NCBI GenBank assembly: GCA_043819555.1
Contig: JBDREQ010000064.1
Location: 18,026 to 82,025 of the forward strand
Direction of reading: 5' to 3'
DNA: 64,000 nucleotides
Source of the DNA: Candidatus Zixiibacteriota bacterium
Lineage (GTDB): Bacteria; Zixibacteria; MSB-5A5; GN15; JAAZOE01
Shown here: positions 20,849 through 30,773 of the stretch, piece by piece
How positions within the stretch are numbered: the first letter of the stretch is position 1
Layout: each line of letters starts with the position of its first letter
Made by a program: the position numbers and the translations under genes
Notes under the pieces: model-generated
The model's input: only the letters and a program-made list of their open reading frames with translations
Told to the model about the DNA's origin: nothing
Databases searched by the model: none

Positions 20849-23755
20849 TTATTTTTTCTTTTTGGCACCCTTTTTCTTGGCAGCCGCCTTTTTCAAGGCA
20901 GGTTTCTTGGCGCCGCCCTTAATTGATTTGATGTTGGTTTTGGCGGTTTTCTTTTGGGAAGCTGCTTTTGGAGCCGGTTTCTTTTTGGCCGGAGTCTTGG
21001 TTGTTTCCTTTGGCTTAGTCACCACCTTTTGGGCCGCCATCTTTTTGCCCGTCGGTTTGGCCAGCGTACCTTTATCTCTTAGGGTCGCTTGAGCCGCTAC
21101 CAGTCGAGCAATCGGAACTCTGAAAGGTGAACAGGATACGTAGTTGAGCCCGACGTCATGGCAAAACTGAATCGAAGCAGGGTCGCCGCCATGCTCGCCG
21201 CAAATACCCACTTTCAATTCAGGATTAACGGAACGGCCTTTTTCGCATCCCATCTTTACCAGCTGGCCGACACCTACCGTATCCAAAGAAACAAACGGAT
21301 CAGCCGGCAATATGCCCTTCTCGACATAATAATTGAGAAACTTACCGGCATCATCGCGAGAAAATCCCATTGACATCTGCGTCAGATCATTGGTTCCGAA
21401 TGAGAAAAATTGAGCTTCTGCCGCGATTTCATCAGCGGTTAAAGCCGCCCTCGGAATCTCAATCATCGTTCCGACCAGATATTTTAGTTTGGATTTCTTG
21501 CGGCTGGTAATTTCGAGAGCGATGCGCTCAACGATTTCCTTCTGATTCTTAAATTCATTGACATGACCAATCAACGGTATCATTATTTCAGGATATACTT
21601 TTTTGCCTTTCTTGGTCAATTCATTGGCCGCCTCAAGAATGGCCCGAACCTGCATTTCAGTGATCTCAGGATAAACAATGCCCAAGCGGCAACCACGATG
21701 GCCCAGCATGGGATTCATTTCATGAAGCTCGTCAATGCGCTGTAGCATCTTCTCAATTTTTTCCAGTTTCTCTTCATATTGTTCGTCAGACTTTTCGAGC
21801 AATCCTATGCGAGCTTCGACCTCTTCTCGATTCGGGAGGAATTCATGAAGGGGCGGATCAAGAGTCCTGATAGTTACCGGATAACCCTCCATGGCCGCAA
21901 AGATTTTCTTGAAATCATCTTTCTGGAATGGAAGGAGTTTATCCAGAGCGGCCTGCCGTTCTTCGGTTGTCTCAGCAAGTATCATTTCCTGTACAATCGG
22001 CAAACGCTCCTCGGAGAAAAACATATGTTCAGTGCGGCAAAGACCGATGCCTTCGGCTCCAAACTTTATCGCTTTGATGGAATCAGCCGGAGTGTCGGCG
22101 TTAGTGCGAACGCCCAGTTTTCGATATTTATCGGCCCATTCCATAAGTTCCGCGAATTCGCCCGATAATTCCGGTTCGATCGTGGGCACTTCGCCCACAA
22201 TTACTTCACCAGTCGAACCATTGATGGTAATTACTTCGCCTTCCTTAATAATAAGACGGCCGATATGAAATCGCTTTTTGGCTTCGTCAACACGAATCTT
22301 TTCACAGCCGGCCACACAAGGCTTTCCCATTCCGCGCGCGACGACAGCCGCGTGCGAAGTCATACCGCCCCGACTGGTCAGGATTCCAGCGGCAGAGTTC
22401 ATCCCTTCAATATCATCCGGATTAGTTTCCTGTCTGACCAAAATGCATTTTTTCTTTGCCGACACCCGTACCGCTTCCTCGGCGGTAAAAACGACCATAC
22501 CGGAACCGGCACCGGGAGACGCGGCCAATCCGGTAGCCACCGAAGTATATTCGACTTTTGGATCCAAACGCGGATGCAATAGCTGATCAAGCTGAGTCGG
22601 CTCAATACGCATCAGAGCTTCCTCTTCGGATATTAAGCCTTCTTTGACCATATCCGTCGCAATCTTCAAAGCGGCCTGGATGGTGCGCTTTCCGGAACGC
22701 GTCTGAAGCATATACAGTTTGCCTTCCTGAATAGTAAACTCAAAATCCTGAACATCCCGATAATGAGCCTCAAGACGATCCGTAATATCTTTTAGCTGTT
22801 TATAAACATCCGGCATATCCGTTTTAAGCTGACCGATTTGAAGAGGAGTTCTGATTCCGGCGACGACATCCTCACCCTGAGCATTATGCAGGTACTCTCC
22901 ATAGAAAACCTTTGCGCCACTGCCCGGATCGCGGGTGAACCCAACGCCGGTGCCGGAAGTATTGCCCATATTTCCGTAAACCATAACCTGCACATTCACC
23001 GCCGTTCCCAGATTCGAAGGGATATTATTTAAGCGGCGGTAGCTAATCGCTCTGGGATTATTCCAGGAACGAAAAACCGCGTCGCGTGACATTGCCAGCT
23101 GCTTATAAGGATCCTCCGGGAAAGGTTCACCGGTTTTCTTAAGTACGATTTTTTTAAATTTCGCAACAATTTCCTGAAGATCCTTAACCTGAAGAGAACT
23201 ATCCTGCTTAATCCGTTTGTCCTTCTTTTTCGCGGTTATTACTTCCTCAAAGATATCTTTATCAATACCAAGAACGACATTTCCAAACATGGAAATGAAG
23301 CGCCGATAATTATCATAACCAAAACGCTCATCACCGGCCCTGGCGATAAAACCTTTCAAGGTTTCTTCATTTAATCCCAGATTCAGAACCGTATCCATCA
23401 TACCGGGCATTGAAAACTTGGCGCCCGAGCGAACCGATACCAGAAGCGGATTTGTAGGATCGCCAAATTTGGCTCCCATGATTTTCTCCACTTTGGCCAT
23501 GTATGATTTCATCTCTTTTTCAAAACCCGATGGCAAGCTCATATTATTTTCATAATACGCCAGACATGCTTCGGTCGTGATTGTAAATCCCGGCGGAACC
23601 GGAATCTTAATATTGGTCATTTCGGCCAGGCCGGCGCCTTTACCGCCAAGGAGATCTTTCATATCTCCCCTGCCCTCAGCCTTGCCAGCGCCAAAGAAAT
23701 AGATAAATTTAGATTCAGCCTTGCTTGCTCTTTTTGTTTGACTTTTCTTAACCAT
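20849..23755 (-). CDS. ppdK: Pyruvate, phosphate dikinase with Lys/Ala-rich C-terminal extension
   Basis: LGGKGAGLAEM, PLLVSVRSGA, GGMTSHAAVVAR (phospho-His), GLCRTEHMF, SFGTNDLTQ, GICGEHGG; start refined to ATG 23755 after GGAG. Confidence 0.97.
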   Translation of the reverse strand: MVKKSQTKRASKAESKFIYFFGAGKAEGRGDMKDLLGGKGAGLAEMTNIKIPVPPGFTITTEACLAYYENNMSLPSGFEKEMKSYMAKVEKIMGAKFGDPTNPLLVSVRSGAKFSMPGMMDTVLNLGLNEETLKGFIARAGDERFGYDNYRRFISMFGNVVLGIDKDIFEEVITAKKKDKRIKQDSSLQVKDLQEIVAKFKKIVLKKTGEPFPEDPYKQLAMSRDAVFRSWNNPRAISYRRLNNIPSNLGTAVNVQVMVYGNMGNTSGTGVGFTRDPGSGAKVFYGEYLHNAQGEDVVAGIRTPLQIGQLKTDMPDVYKQLKDITDRLEAHYRDVQDFEFTIQEGKLYMLQTRSGKRTIQAALKIATDMVKEGLISEEEALMRIEPTQLDQLLHPRLDPKVEYTSVATGLAASPGAGSGMVVFTAEEAVRVSAKKKCILVRQETNPDDIEGMNSAAGILTSRGGMTSHAAVVARGMGKPCVAGCEKIRVDEAKKRFHIGRLIIKEGEVITINGSTGEVIVGEVPTIEPELSGEFAELMEWADKYRKLGVRTNADTPADSIKAIKFGAEGIGLCRTEHMFFSEERLPIVQEMILAETTEERQAALDKLLPFQKDDFKKIFAAMEGYPVTIRTLDPPLHEFLPNREEVEARIGLLEKSDEQYEEKLEKIEKMLQRIDELHEMNPMLGHRGCRLGIVYPEITEMQVRAILEAANELTKKGKKVYPEIMIPLIGHVNEFKNQKEIVERIALEITSRKKSKLKYLVGTMIEIPRAALTADEIAAEAQFFSFGTNDLTQMSMGFSRDDAGKFLNYYVEKGILPADPFVSLDTVGVGQLVKMGCEKGRSVNPELKVGICGEHGGDPASIQFCHDVGLNYVSCSPFRVPIARLVAAQATLRDKGTLAKPTGKKMAAQKVVTKPKETTKTPAKKKPAPKAASQKKTAKTNIKSIKGGAKKPALKKAAAKKKGAKKKK

Positions 23756-24030
23756 TTTCTTTATCTCCGCAAATCGTTTATGGTTTGAAGCTGTATTTAC
23801 AAAAATTATGAACAATTTTCAAGTGTAAAGGCATAAACAAACTCTAAAAATCAATTTTTGTGGACTAAAATACCGATTTTTAGGTATAATTCAGTACAAA
23901 ATTACATATTGCTGCTTTTTTGGCTTTTATTTCACGCCAATCCTGTCGCTTGTTTTAGAGACACTGCCCCATTAGGCAAGAAACATAATAAATTTCATCC
24001 ATATAATAAATCGAAAAAGAAGAGTATTAA

Positions 24031-24336
24031 TTACATTGTAAACAGCCGTTCACCGGTAATAATTTTCTCCAGCATCTTGATGGTTTTTTCTACCGGTGAA
24101 TTCATTAAATCACAGGTGTTAAAGGTGTGGCGGGTCGCCTCTCGAGGACAGACAAAGTTGGCCTTGCCACGCCCCCCTCTCTTTTTCTTATGGGTCAGAT
24201 TATATAACCGCTGATACTCCTTGGCCTTCTCCTTATGCATCTGATAATAGTGGCGCTGATACTCCCTGCGGGCTTCAGCCGTTGATAATCTACCCTTACT
24301 TATTCTTGTGGTAGAAGAATCAGTCTTCCGTGCCAT
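24031..24336 (-). CDS. Small basic hypothetical protein (101 aa)
   Basis: GAGGTG RBS, own promoter, internal 14-aa repeat, no overlap with other real genes. Confidence 0.75.
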   Translation of the reverse strand: MARKTDSSTTRISKGRLSTAEARREYQRHYYQMHKEKAKEYQRLYNLTHKKKRGGRGKANFVCPREATRHTFNTCDLMNSPVEKTIKMLEKIITGERLFTM

Positions 24337-24427
24337 TCTTCACCTCACTTTTGCCTTGGTTAGAAAACCCCAGGTTACTCCTGATATCTCGTAAGTCTTC
24401 TTATTACAAGGAAATCCCACAGCGATT

Positions 24428-24456
24428 ATATTAAAAATATCGGCCGCCTTTGTCAA
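24428..24456 (-). promoter_or_regulatory. Sigma70-type promoter for the small basic protein
   Basis: TTGACA-N17-TAATAT, with an overlapping TATAAT. Confidence 0.65.
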
Positions 24457-24765
24457 GGGATATTTTCGTTTTTTTGAAAAAACTTGCTTCATATCATTTT
24501 GTGGTCAAACAAGTTAGTTTTCTGAATAAAGCGAAACTCTTGTAATAAACTCCATTGTAACAACTTACGACTACCACCGCAACTCCCGATCCAGCAATAG
24601 CTTAACATTCTAAAAGACACATTCCTACTGATTCTTTTTACAGGATTAAATTATTGAAAAAAAGGCACAGATTTAAATCTGTCTCCCCGCCTTTATAGTT
24701 TTAATATAGTACGTTGTTAAAACTTTATTCAATAATTTTTTTTGATTTTCTGGAAATTTTTTAAC

Positions 24766-24797
24766 AAAAAAAACCCCGCTCGATGACGGGGTTTTTT
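24766..24797 (-). terminator. Intrinsic terminator of the triplicated cassette operon
   Basis: A-run-ACCCCG-CTCGATGA-CGGGGT-T-run just after the D3 stop. Confidence 0.75.
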
Positions 24798-24821
24798 ATC
24801 TTATTTAATCTATACTAAATA

Positions 24822-25607
24822 TCAAGCCGGCGCCTGTGCTGATTTCTTTTGCAGGTGGCGAATGATTTCAAGTATGATTAACAAAACCAAAATCAGGGCA
24901 ATTGCCCAGACAACGGTTGTCATACCTCCTCCCCCTTCGAATCCGGCCGAGACCCAGTCGCGAATTATTTGAATTCTTTGAATGAAAAGCGAGATGCGCG
25001 CCATAACTGTATATCCAAACGATGCGCCAAAACCAATCATTAGAATATATATTCCAAATTTAGCGACACCGCCAAACGTGCCCTTATGAGCGACCGAGAA
25101 AAAGAAGTAGAATAATCCGGTAACGACTCCTAAGATTATTACTACGTCTTCAAAGCCAACCCAAAATCCCTCGGCAAAATGCTGTTTAACATCAAACAGA
25201 ATATTAACCGTATCGGCCAATTGACGGCTGACCCTGTTCTGCATTTCCGTAGGAATAGCTACACCGGTAGCGATACCGATATAAAAGGCAATCGGATAAC
25301 GAGAAATCCAGGCTTTCTTTTTGGAGAAGCGAAACCACATAAGCACTCCAAGAATTCCCGGGAATAAATACCACCATTGTCCTCCCCAGAATTGCCACCA
25401 GGGCTGTTCCGGCGTCATCCAGACTTTGTCAAAGAGAGTCGGGATTAAACTGGTATAGACCAGAATCATCGAAAAGTAACCGGCTGATACGCCGACAAAT
25501 AAACTCTCGGAAAATTTATAAAACGGATTGTCTTTATACAGAAATGAAAACGTACACAGGGTGAGACAAACACCGAGAGTCGTCCAAAGAAAAGTTGCCC
25601 AATCCAT
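24822..25607 (-). CDS. Cassette subunit D, copy 3: multi-pass membrane protein
   Basis: Start refined to ATG 25607 (TGATG overlap with C3); motifs SFLYKDN.FYK..E, YFFFS..HKG.FG and FGASFGYTVM.R shared with D1 and D2. Confidence 0.85.
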   Translation of the reverse strand: MDWATFLWTTLGVCLTLCTFSFLYKDNPFYKFSESLFVGVSAGYFSMILVYTSLIPTLFDKVWMTPEQPWWQFWGGQWWYLFPGILGVLMWFRFSKKKAWISRYPIAFYIGIATGVAIPTEMQNRVSRQLADTVNILFDVKQHFAEGFWVGFEDVVIILGVVTGLFYFFFSVAHKGTFGGVAKFGIYILMIGFGASFGYTVMARISLFIQRIQIIRDWVSAGFEGGGGMTTVVWAIALILVLLIILEIIRHLQKKSAQAPA

Positions 25608-26470
25608 CAGTGCGTCCCTCCTCTCCGCCTGGAAATAAAGAAACCTATATTTCCAATCAAAATAAAGATTATGATTGTCATATGGGTCCAAACCTGAACT
25701 CTCATGGCCTCCATCGCTGGACCGGGCTTTGCCCCCGGTAATTTTTTACGGAGCAATGTTTCGTATTCAGCGGCACCGAGCATTCCACCCATAAGTCCGA
25801 ATAATTGGCCAGAGCGAAGGTATGGATAATAATCGGCTGCGGATACGCCGGTTAGTCCAGCGGCCAGAAGAGCGTTATATCTGCCGTTGGCGTAAGAAAG
25901 CCAATAATCGATTCCGCTTGTCCCCGTGATTAAAATAATACCTTCGACATTATTGTAATTAACAATGCCGTTCATCATTGGTATGCTGTCGGTCAGCGTA
26001 TTATAATAATCACTGGGGAAGGATAACCTGTAATTCTGCCCCATACTCAGGATGACAATTCCCGGATATGGTTTGTATCCGAGAAACACGACGTCCTGAC
26101 CATATGTAAGTTCACGTCCGTATTTGGTTCTCACCGAATCCATAACATCAAGCATTGCTGCTTCAGCCATCCCCGGACCGTTTGGAGATAACGCGGTAAT
26201 TATTAGCTTAACCCCTTTTGCCATGGCCTGCTCCATGATAGCATAAGTCATCGGATGCAACTCAGCCATTGAACCGGGATCATAGTCCACTGCGAAATGG
26301 ATATACTGGCCTTCCTCAAGATTTTCAACGAAATCATAAATCGAACGAACTTCCGGATTGACACGGAGAGGCGATTCGAATTCAATCAGAACAGTAATAA
26401 TAACGACTGCGGCAAGGATCAGGTATATCCATCTTCTATCGAGTCCTGCTATTTTTTCAAAAAAATTCAT
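25607..26470 (-). CDS. Cassette subunit C, copy 3: membrane protein with soluble domain between TMs
   Basis: DYDP...EL.PM and YPY...GQL.GLMGG..GAAEYE shared with C1 and C2; GGAGG RBS. Confidence 0.87.
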   Translation of the reverse strand: MNFFEKIAGLDRRWIYLILAAVVIITVLIEFESPLRVNPEVRSIYDFVENLEEGQYIHFAVDYDPGSMAELHPMTYAIMEQAMAKGVKLIITALSPNGPGMAEAAMLDVMDSVRTKYGRELTYGQDVVFLGYKPYPGIVILSMGQNYRLSFPSDYYNTLTDSIPMMNGIVNYNNVEGIILITGTSGIDYWLSYANGRYNALLAAGLTGVSAADYYPYLRSGQLFGLMGGMLGAAEYETLLRKKLPGAKPGPAMEAMRVQVWTHMTIIIFILIGNIGFFISRRRGGTH

Positions 26471-26483
26471 ATCTCATCCTCCC

Positions 26484-27101
26484 TCAATCGCTTCCCATAT
26501 AGGTTCGTTCAATACCAAGGATAACCTTGAGAGCAGTTCCCACCATACCCAGGCCGATTCCGATAACGATCGCTCGTTTGGCGGCCATATTGGGCACGTT
26601 TAGAATCCAAGCGGCCAGATCACCGATCGGTTCGCCCAAAAATCCCAGAAATGGATTAAATCTCAACATTATAATTATTGCGGCAAGAAGTAAAACTGTT
26701 GCCAGAAGAGAGTGTGCCCTGAATGCCCGGAATGCCGCCGAGGCGATAAAAAATGCCAATAGCGAAAACATCGTCGCGTGAAGGGGCATTATTATATACA
26801 GGAAGAAACTACGGAACATATATGATTCCAATCCTCCAAATAGGGCAAAGATGGTCATACTAATTAAGCCGGCAAGAACAACAATCGCGTATTGCCAGTT
26901 TTCCGCTTTTCGTTTTATTTTATTGGCTGAAACTCTGATCAGCGACCATATCCCCAGAGCCAGCGCAAAAATACCGATAATAATTGTCCATTCCATCACA
27001 AATTCATAAACGAATTCCGAGCTGCTGTGAGGAATAAAAAATTGTACCGCCATAAACAGGCCGGTAACAAAGACAATCATTAGAGGAATTTCTCTTTTCA
27101 T
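26484..27101 (-). CDS. Cassette subunit B, copy 3: multi-pass membrane protein
   Basis: MKREIP, TMFSLLAFFIASAAFRAFRA, RAI.IG.GLG, ILGIERTYMG shared with B1 and B2. Confidence 0.87.
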   Translation of the reverse strand: MKREIPLMIVFVTGLFMAVQFFIPHSSSEFVYEFVMEWTIIIGIFALALGIWSLIRVSANKIKRKAENWQYAIVVLAGLISMTIFALFGGLESYMFRSFFLYIIMPLHATMFSLLAFFIASAAFRAFRAHSLLATVLLLAAIIIMLRFNPFLGFLGEPIGDLAAWILNVPNMAAKRAIVIGIGLGMVGTALKVILGIERTYMGSD

Positions 27102-27114
27102 AATTTAATCCTCC

Positions 27115-28326
27115 CTAATTACCGACCCGAAAAAGGTTCATAAAGCCGTCCCAATTAAAAATAGCCGCAACGACTCCAAGTAAAATACTAATTATAACTA
27201 GTGCTTTTCCGTAGTCCTGACCTTTTAAAGAACCGAGTAAAACCGGTTCGCGACCGAGATATGCCGAAGCTGCATAGAGTTCTTCCCCGATCAGGGTATA
27301 ATCGCAAGCCACAACGAAGAAAGGAATCTGAGTAACCTCATCAGTACCGGAAATCTGAATCGATCCAGTGGCTGATCCGGTTTCTGCCAGGATAAGCGAT
27401 TCGGCGTAAAATTTACCCAAATAAAAATTCGTCGCCGGTTTTTCTCGAACCATGATTCCATTAACACCGCCAACATATGCGAACTGCTGATTGGTAACAA
27501 AGAAAATATCATCCTCATTGTAAGCGTCCGGACGTCCGGCATCATAGTAAGCGGTCTTGACAGTTTCCTGGGCGACCGTCATAACGATCGGATCATAACA
27601 GGGAACAATTAGCGAAGTCTGATATTCGGCGACTTTTTTGGCGACGCGGCTGAGGATAGTAAACGATGCGATAGTCGCGACGTCCGCGGCGGTACCCAAT
27701 CCCAGAACGTACAAAATCGGTTTTCCCATTTCCGTGGCCCGACCAATTGCTTCGTCAACAGCGTCAATTCCCGCCAGCGGGCGAACATATAATTCCGCAC
27801 CAGCCCGAGCTCTCTGGATAAAATACAGAGTAAAGATAGTAAACAGGATTACTGCGGCCGCAACTGGAGTTTTTCCCCAGTTGTAATACTGCCCCACAGC
27901 ACGTACCGGCCCAAATGCTTCCGATTCAGTATTGCCATTTTTCTGAAGGGCAACTATTTTATACCAGAAGTCTTTTTCTCTTGGGAAGTAATCAGCATTA
28001 TCAGATTCCTTAACGCCGCTATCCCTTTCCGAAGTATTCCCGCGAGCAACATCTTTTCGTTCCGCAAAAGGTTCATCCGGTGATTCCGCTCGCAAAATGC
28101 GATAACCGATGAAATCTAAATTTTCATCAACATCATCGGCCGATAACTCCCATTCCAGCGATATTGAATGACCGTTATCATTGGGAGTATCAACTGCATT
28201 TACGTTTGTGGGCGGCGCCGGCAGCGCAGATTCAGCGACACTATCGGGGACTGCTTCATCTTGAGCCCATCCGGCAACGGGAATAACCAGAAGTACCATG
28301 ATAAACAGTAAAAATTTGTTTTTCAT
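27115..28326 (-). CDS. Cassette subunit A, copy 3: signal peptide + FN3 + TM + DUF6754-like domain + TM
   Basis: Start refined to ATG 28326 after GGAG; GRATEMG, REKPA, AESLILAETG, PFFVVACDYTLIGEEL, LGSLKGQD shared with A1 and A2. Confidence 0.87.
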   Translation of the reverse strand: MKNKFLLFIMVLLVIPVAGWAQDEAVPDSVAESALPAPPTNVNAVDTPNDNGHSISLEWELSADDVDENLDFIGYRILRAESPDEPFAERKDVARGNTSERDSGVKESDNADYFPREKDFWYKIVALQKNGNTESEAFGPVRAVGQYYNWGKTPVAAAVILFTIFTLYFIQRARAGAELYVRPLAGIDAVDEAIGRATEMGKPILYVLGLGTAADVATIASFTILSRVAKKVAEYQTSLIVPCYDPIVMTVAQETVKTAYYDAGRPDAYNEDDIFFVTNQQFAYVGGVNGIMVREKPATNFYLGKFYAESLILAETGSATGSIQISGTDEVTQIPFFVVACDYTLIGEELYAASAYLGREPVLLGSLKGQDYGKALVIISILLGVVAAIFNWDGFMNLFRVGN

Positions 28327-28365
28327 AATGACTCCACTCATCATCTATTATATTTATTTTGTATT

Positions 28366-29178
28366 CTATTGAATCAGTCCCAGCCAATCATCCAACAAGA
28401 ATGTCAAACGTCCGACCAGAAGCGATATTCGTCCCATCACTGTGTATCCGAATGAAGCCCCAAAAGTAATCATCAGAATCCAAATGCCAAAACGCGAGCT
28501 TACACCAAAAGCTCCCTTATGCTCCTTGCTGAAAAAGAAATATATTATTCCGCAAAATACGCCCGTGAAAACTACAAGGTTGCTTAGCATTCCGACCAAT
28601 TGACCGGACGCCGCAAGAGACATATTTGAGAAAAAATGTCCAAAGCCTTGCCAATCGACTAATAAAGGCATAAACGTAGATGAAATCTGCGAAATAAAAT
28701 CTGAGCGCAAGAATCGCGGCAAATTCAAACCGGCCGTGGTTCCGACAATAAATGCCAAAGCCCATCTCGATATCCAGCCGCCTTTGGGCGACAGTCGCAT
28801 CAACAGGATTATTCCTAGCGCCGGAGGAATTAAATAATGCCATTCGAATCCGGCAAACGGCACATCAAACCAGTTACTTAAAGTTTCCGATACGCGGGGG
28901 AATAGATTGCCAACCAATGTCGTCCAAAAACCGAGACACATCCAGTAAGCTGCGGAAACACCAACATACAGATGCTCGGCGAACTTGTAAAAGGTATTAT
29001 CCTTATATAAGAAAGACAACACTGCCAAGGTTAAAAATGCCGCGAATGTTACCCAGAAGGCTGACGCAAATGAATCGAATGCAGAGGCGCTTTCAGGCGA
29101 GCCCAACATTTTAGCCCAAATGCTGAATAAAAACAATACCGCCACAACCGCAACAACGATAACTGGTCCCTTACGCAT
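28366..29178 (-). CDS. Cassette subunit D, copy 2
   Basis: SFLYKDNTFYKFAE, YFFFSKEHKG, FGASFGYTVMGR; extra N-terminal TM. Confidence 0.87.
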   Translation of the reverse strand: MRKGPVIVVAVVAVLFLFSIWAKMLGSPESASAFDSFASAFWVTFAAFLTLAVLSFLYKDNTFYKFAEHLYVGVSAAYWMCLGFWTTLVGNLFPRVSETLSNWFDVPFAGFEWHYLIPPALGIILLMRLSPKGGWISRWALAFIVGTTAGLNLPRFLRSDFISQISSTFMPLLVDWQGFGHFFSNMSLAASGQLVGMLSNLVVFTGVFCGIIYFFFSKEHKGAFGVSSRFGIWILMITFGASFGYTVMGRISLLVGRLTFLLDDWLGLIQ

Positions 29179-30088
29179 CGATATTTTTCCTTCTGCTCCG
29201 GAAGTAAGAAATATTCCCGATTACGATAAAAGCCATCACGACAATATGCGCCAGCGTTTGCGGTCCCATCATTCTCAGGGCGGGCGCTTCGGTATCCTTA
29301 AATTGAGGATATCTCTCCATTAATTTGGATTCATATTCAGCGGCACCCTTAACGCCGCCCAAAAGGCCAACTACCTGCCTGGGATAATAAGGGTATATCT
29401 GCGGAGCCACGACAGCCGCCAAACCCGCCGCAATATCAACATTCCCCGGATCACCGATGAATTGTATCCATTCTTTTGGTCCTGGAAATCCGCCTCCAAT
29501 CGCAAGTATCAAATCCATATCCGTAGCCGAATTGACATTTTTAAAAATCGGCAATTCGGATAATTCAGTATTATTATCATCGGTCGGGTACATTTTCTGG
29601 AAATCGGTAACAATGACATTCAATACTCCAACACCGCCAGCCTTAAATCCCAGTGATGTAAAATCTACGCCATAAACCGCGTCGGGAAAATCAGTTTTCA
29701 AAACTTCTTCAATACTTTCGGTCATAAGCGCGTGGCCGGTAGCCCAAAGAGTCATAAAATACATTTTGTGCCCTTTTGACATGCAATGCCGGACAAAAGC
29801 ATTTGCCATCGGGCCCACTTCAGGCTTCATCGCTGGATCAAAATCAAATGATATTAAAATTTTTGAACCGGGCGGCATGCTATCGATCTTTTCAAATACG
29901 GCCCTGACAATGGGTGTTGGTGTCTCTTTAAACTTAATATTGAAAACTATTGCGAAGGCGACGGATAAAAATATAAACAGGAATATGATGCGGCGATCTA
30001 TATCTCGGCCCTTCAGAGAATAAATCAGGATGACCAATAGACCAATCAGTACTCCGACGACGGATAGAATTGAGCCGATATTAGTCAT
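29171..30088 (-). CDS. Cassette subunit C, copy 2
   Basis: SFDFDPAMKPEVGPMA, YPYYP.QVVGLLGGVKGAAEYE; ATG 30088 overlaps the B2 end. Confidence 0.87.
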   Translation of the reverse strand: MTNIGSILSVVGVLIGLLVILIYSLKGRDIDRRIIFLFIFLSVAFAIVFNIKFKETPTPIVRAVFEKIDSMPPGSKILISFDFDPAMKPEVGPMANAFVRHCMSKGHKMYFMTLWATGHALMTESIEEVLKTDFPDAVYGVDFTSLGFKAGGVGVLNVIVTDFQKMYPTDDNNTELSELPIFKNVNSATDMDLILAIGGGFPGPKEWIQFIGDPGNVDIAAGLAAVVAPQIYPYYPRQVVGLLGGVKGAAEYESKLMERYPQFKDTEAPALRMMGPQTLAHIVVMAFIVIGNISYFRSRRKNIDA

Positions 30089-30755
30089 TATCACTCCCCA
30101 GATAAGTTCGTTCCATGCCTAATATCAGCCTGAGGGACATCGATACTACGCCTAAACCGACACCGATTAGAATCGCCCTTTGCCCCGCCAAATTTGGACC
30201 GTTCATAATCCAAACGGCCAAATTTGGAATTTGGAGAACGGAAAATGATTCGGGAATCCAGCCGGTTACGGCCATACCCAACGGTGTCCTGCCCAATAAA
30301 ATAATAAATGCCGCAATAAGGAGTATTGTGGCCTCTCGATTTTTGGCGCGAAACGCCCTGTACGACGCTGAGGCAACAAAGAACGCCAATAGAGCGTACA
30401 TTGTCGAAGATAACGGCGCGATAATATTATCGAAGATTACTTTTAATGCGGTTCCTTCGGCAATAACCGAAGCCGCGATGTTTTCACTGCCGACTTTTAG
30501 CATGCCCAATATCAGAGTCAGCAAAAACCCGGTGATGGTAACGATTGAAAATCCCCAATCGGGTTTCTTGCGATATACTTTGGCGAAATGTATGCGGACC
30601 AGGTTTCCTCCGCCGAGGAAAAACGCGAATACCGCGATAATATCAAAAAACAGCGAGAAATCTTCACCCAACGTTTGAGCGGTCGGGAAAAAAACCGAGA
30701 GGATCAGAACAACTCCTACCACTGATGTTATGACAATCGGTATAATGCGTTTCAT
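30081..30755 (-). CDS. Cassette subunit B, copy 2
   Basis: STMYALLAFFVASASYRAFRA, AGQRAILIG, ILGMERTYLG. Confidence 0.87.
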   Translation of the reverse strand: MKRIIPIVITSVVGVVLILSVFFPTAQTLGEDFSLFFDIIAVFAFFLGGGNLVRIHFAKVYRKKPDWGFSIVTITGFLLTLILGMLKVGSENIAASVIAEGTALKVIFDNIIAPLSSTMYALLAFFVASASYRAFRAKNREATILLIAAFIILLGRTPLGMAVTGWIPESFSVLQIPNLAVWIMNGPNLAGQRAILIGVGLGVVSMSLRLILGMERTYLGSDND

Positions 30756-30773
30756 TTTCTAATACGATCCTCG

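Noticed and set aside
23858..24214. 118-aa plus-strand ORF
   Set aside because: Antisense shadow of the 101-aa gene, which has the promoter and RBS
25608..25691. N-terminal extension of D3 in the ORF track (likewise upstream extensions of tolB, cpoB, ppdK, TPR and CBS genes)
   Set aside because: Overlaps the upstream gene or lacks an RBS; paralogue comparison, signal peptides and RBS positions favour the downstream starts
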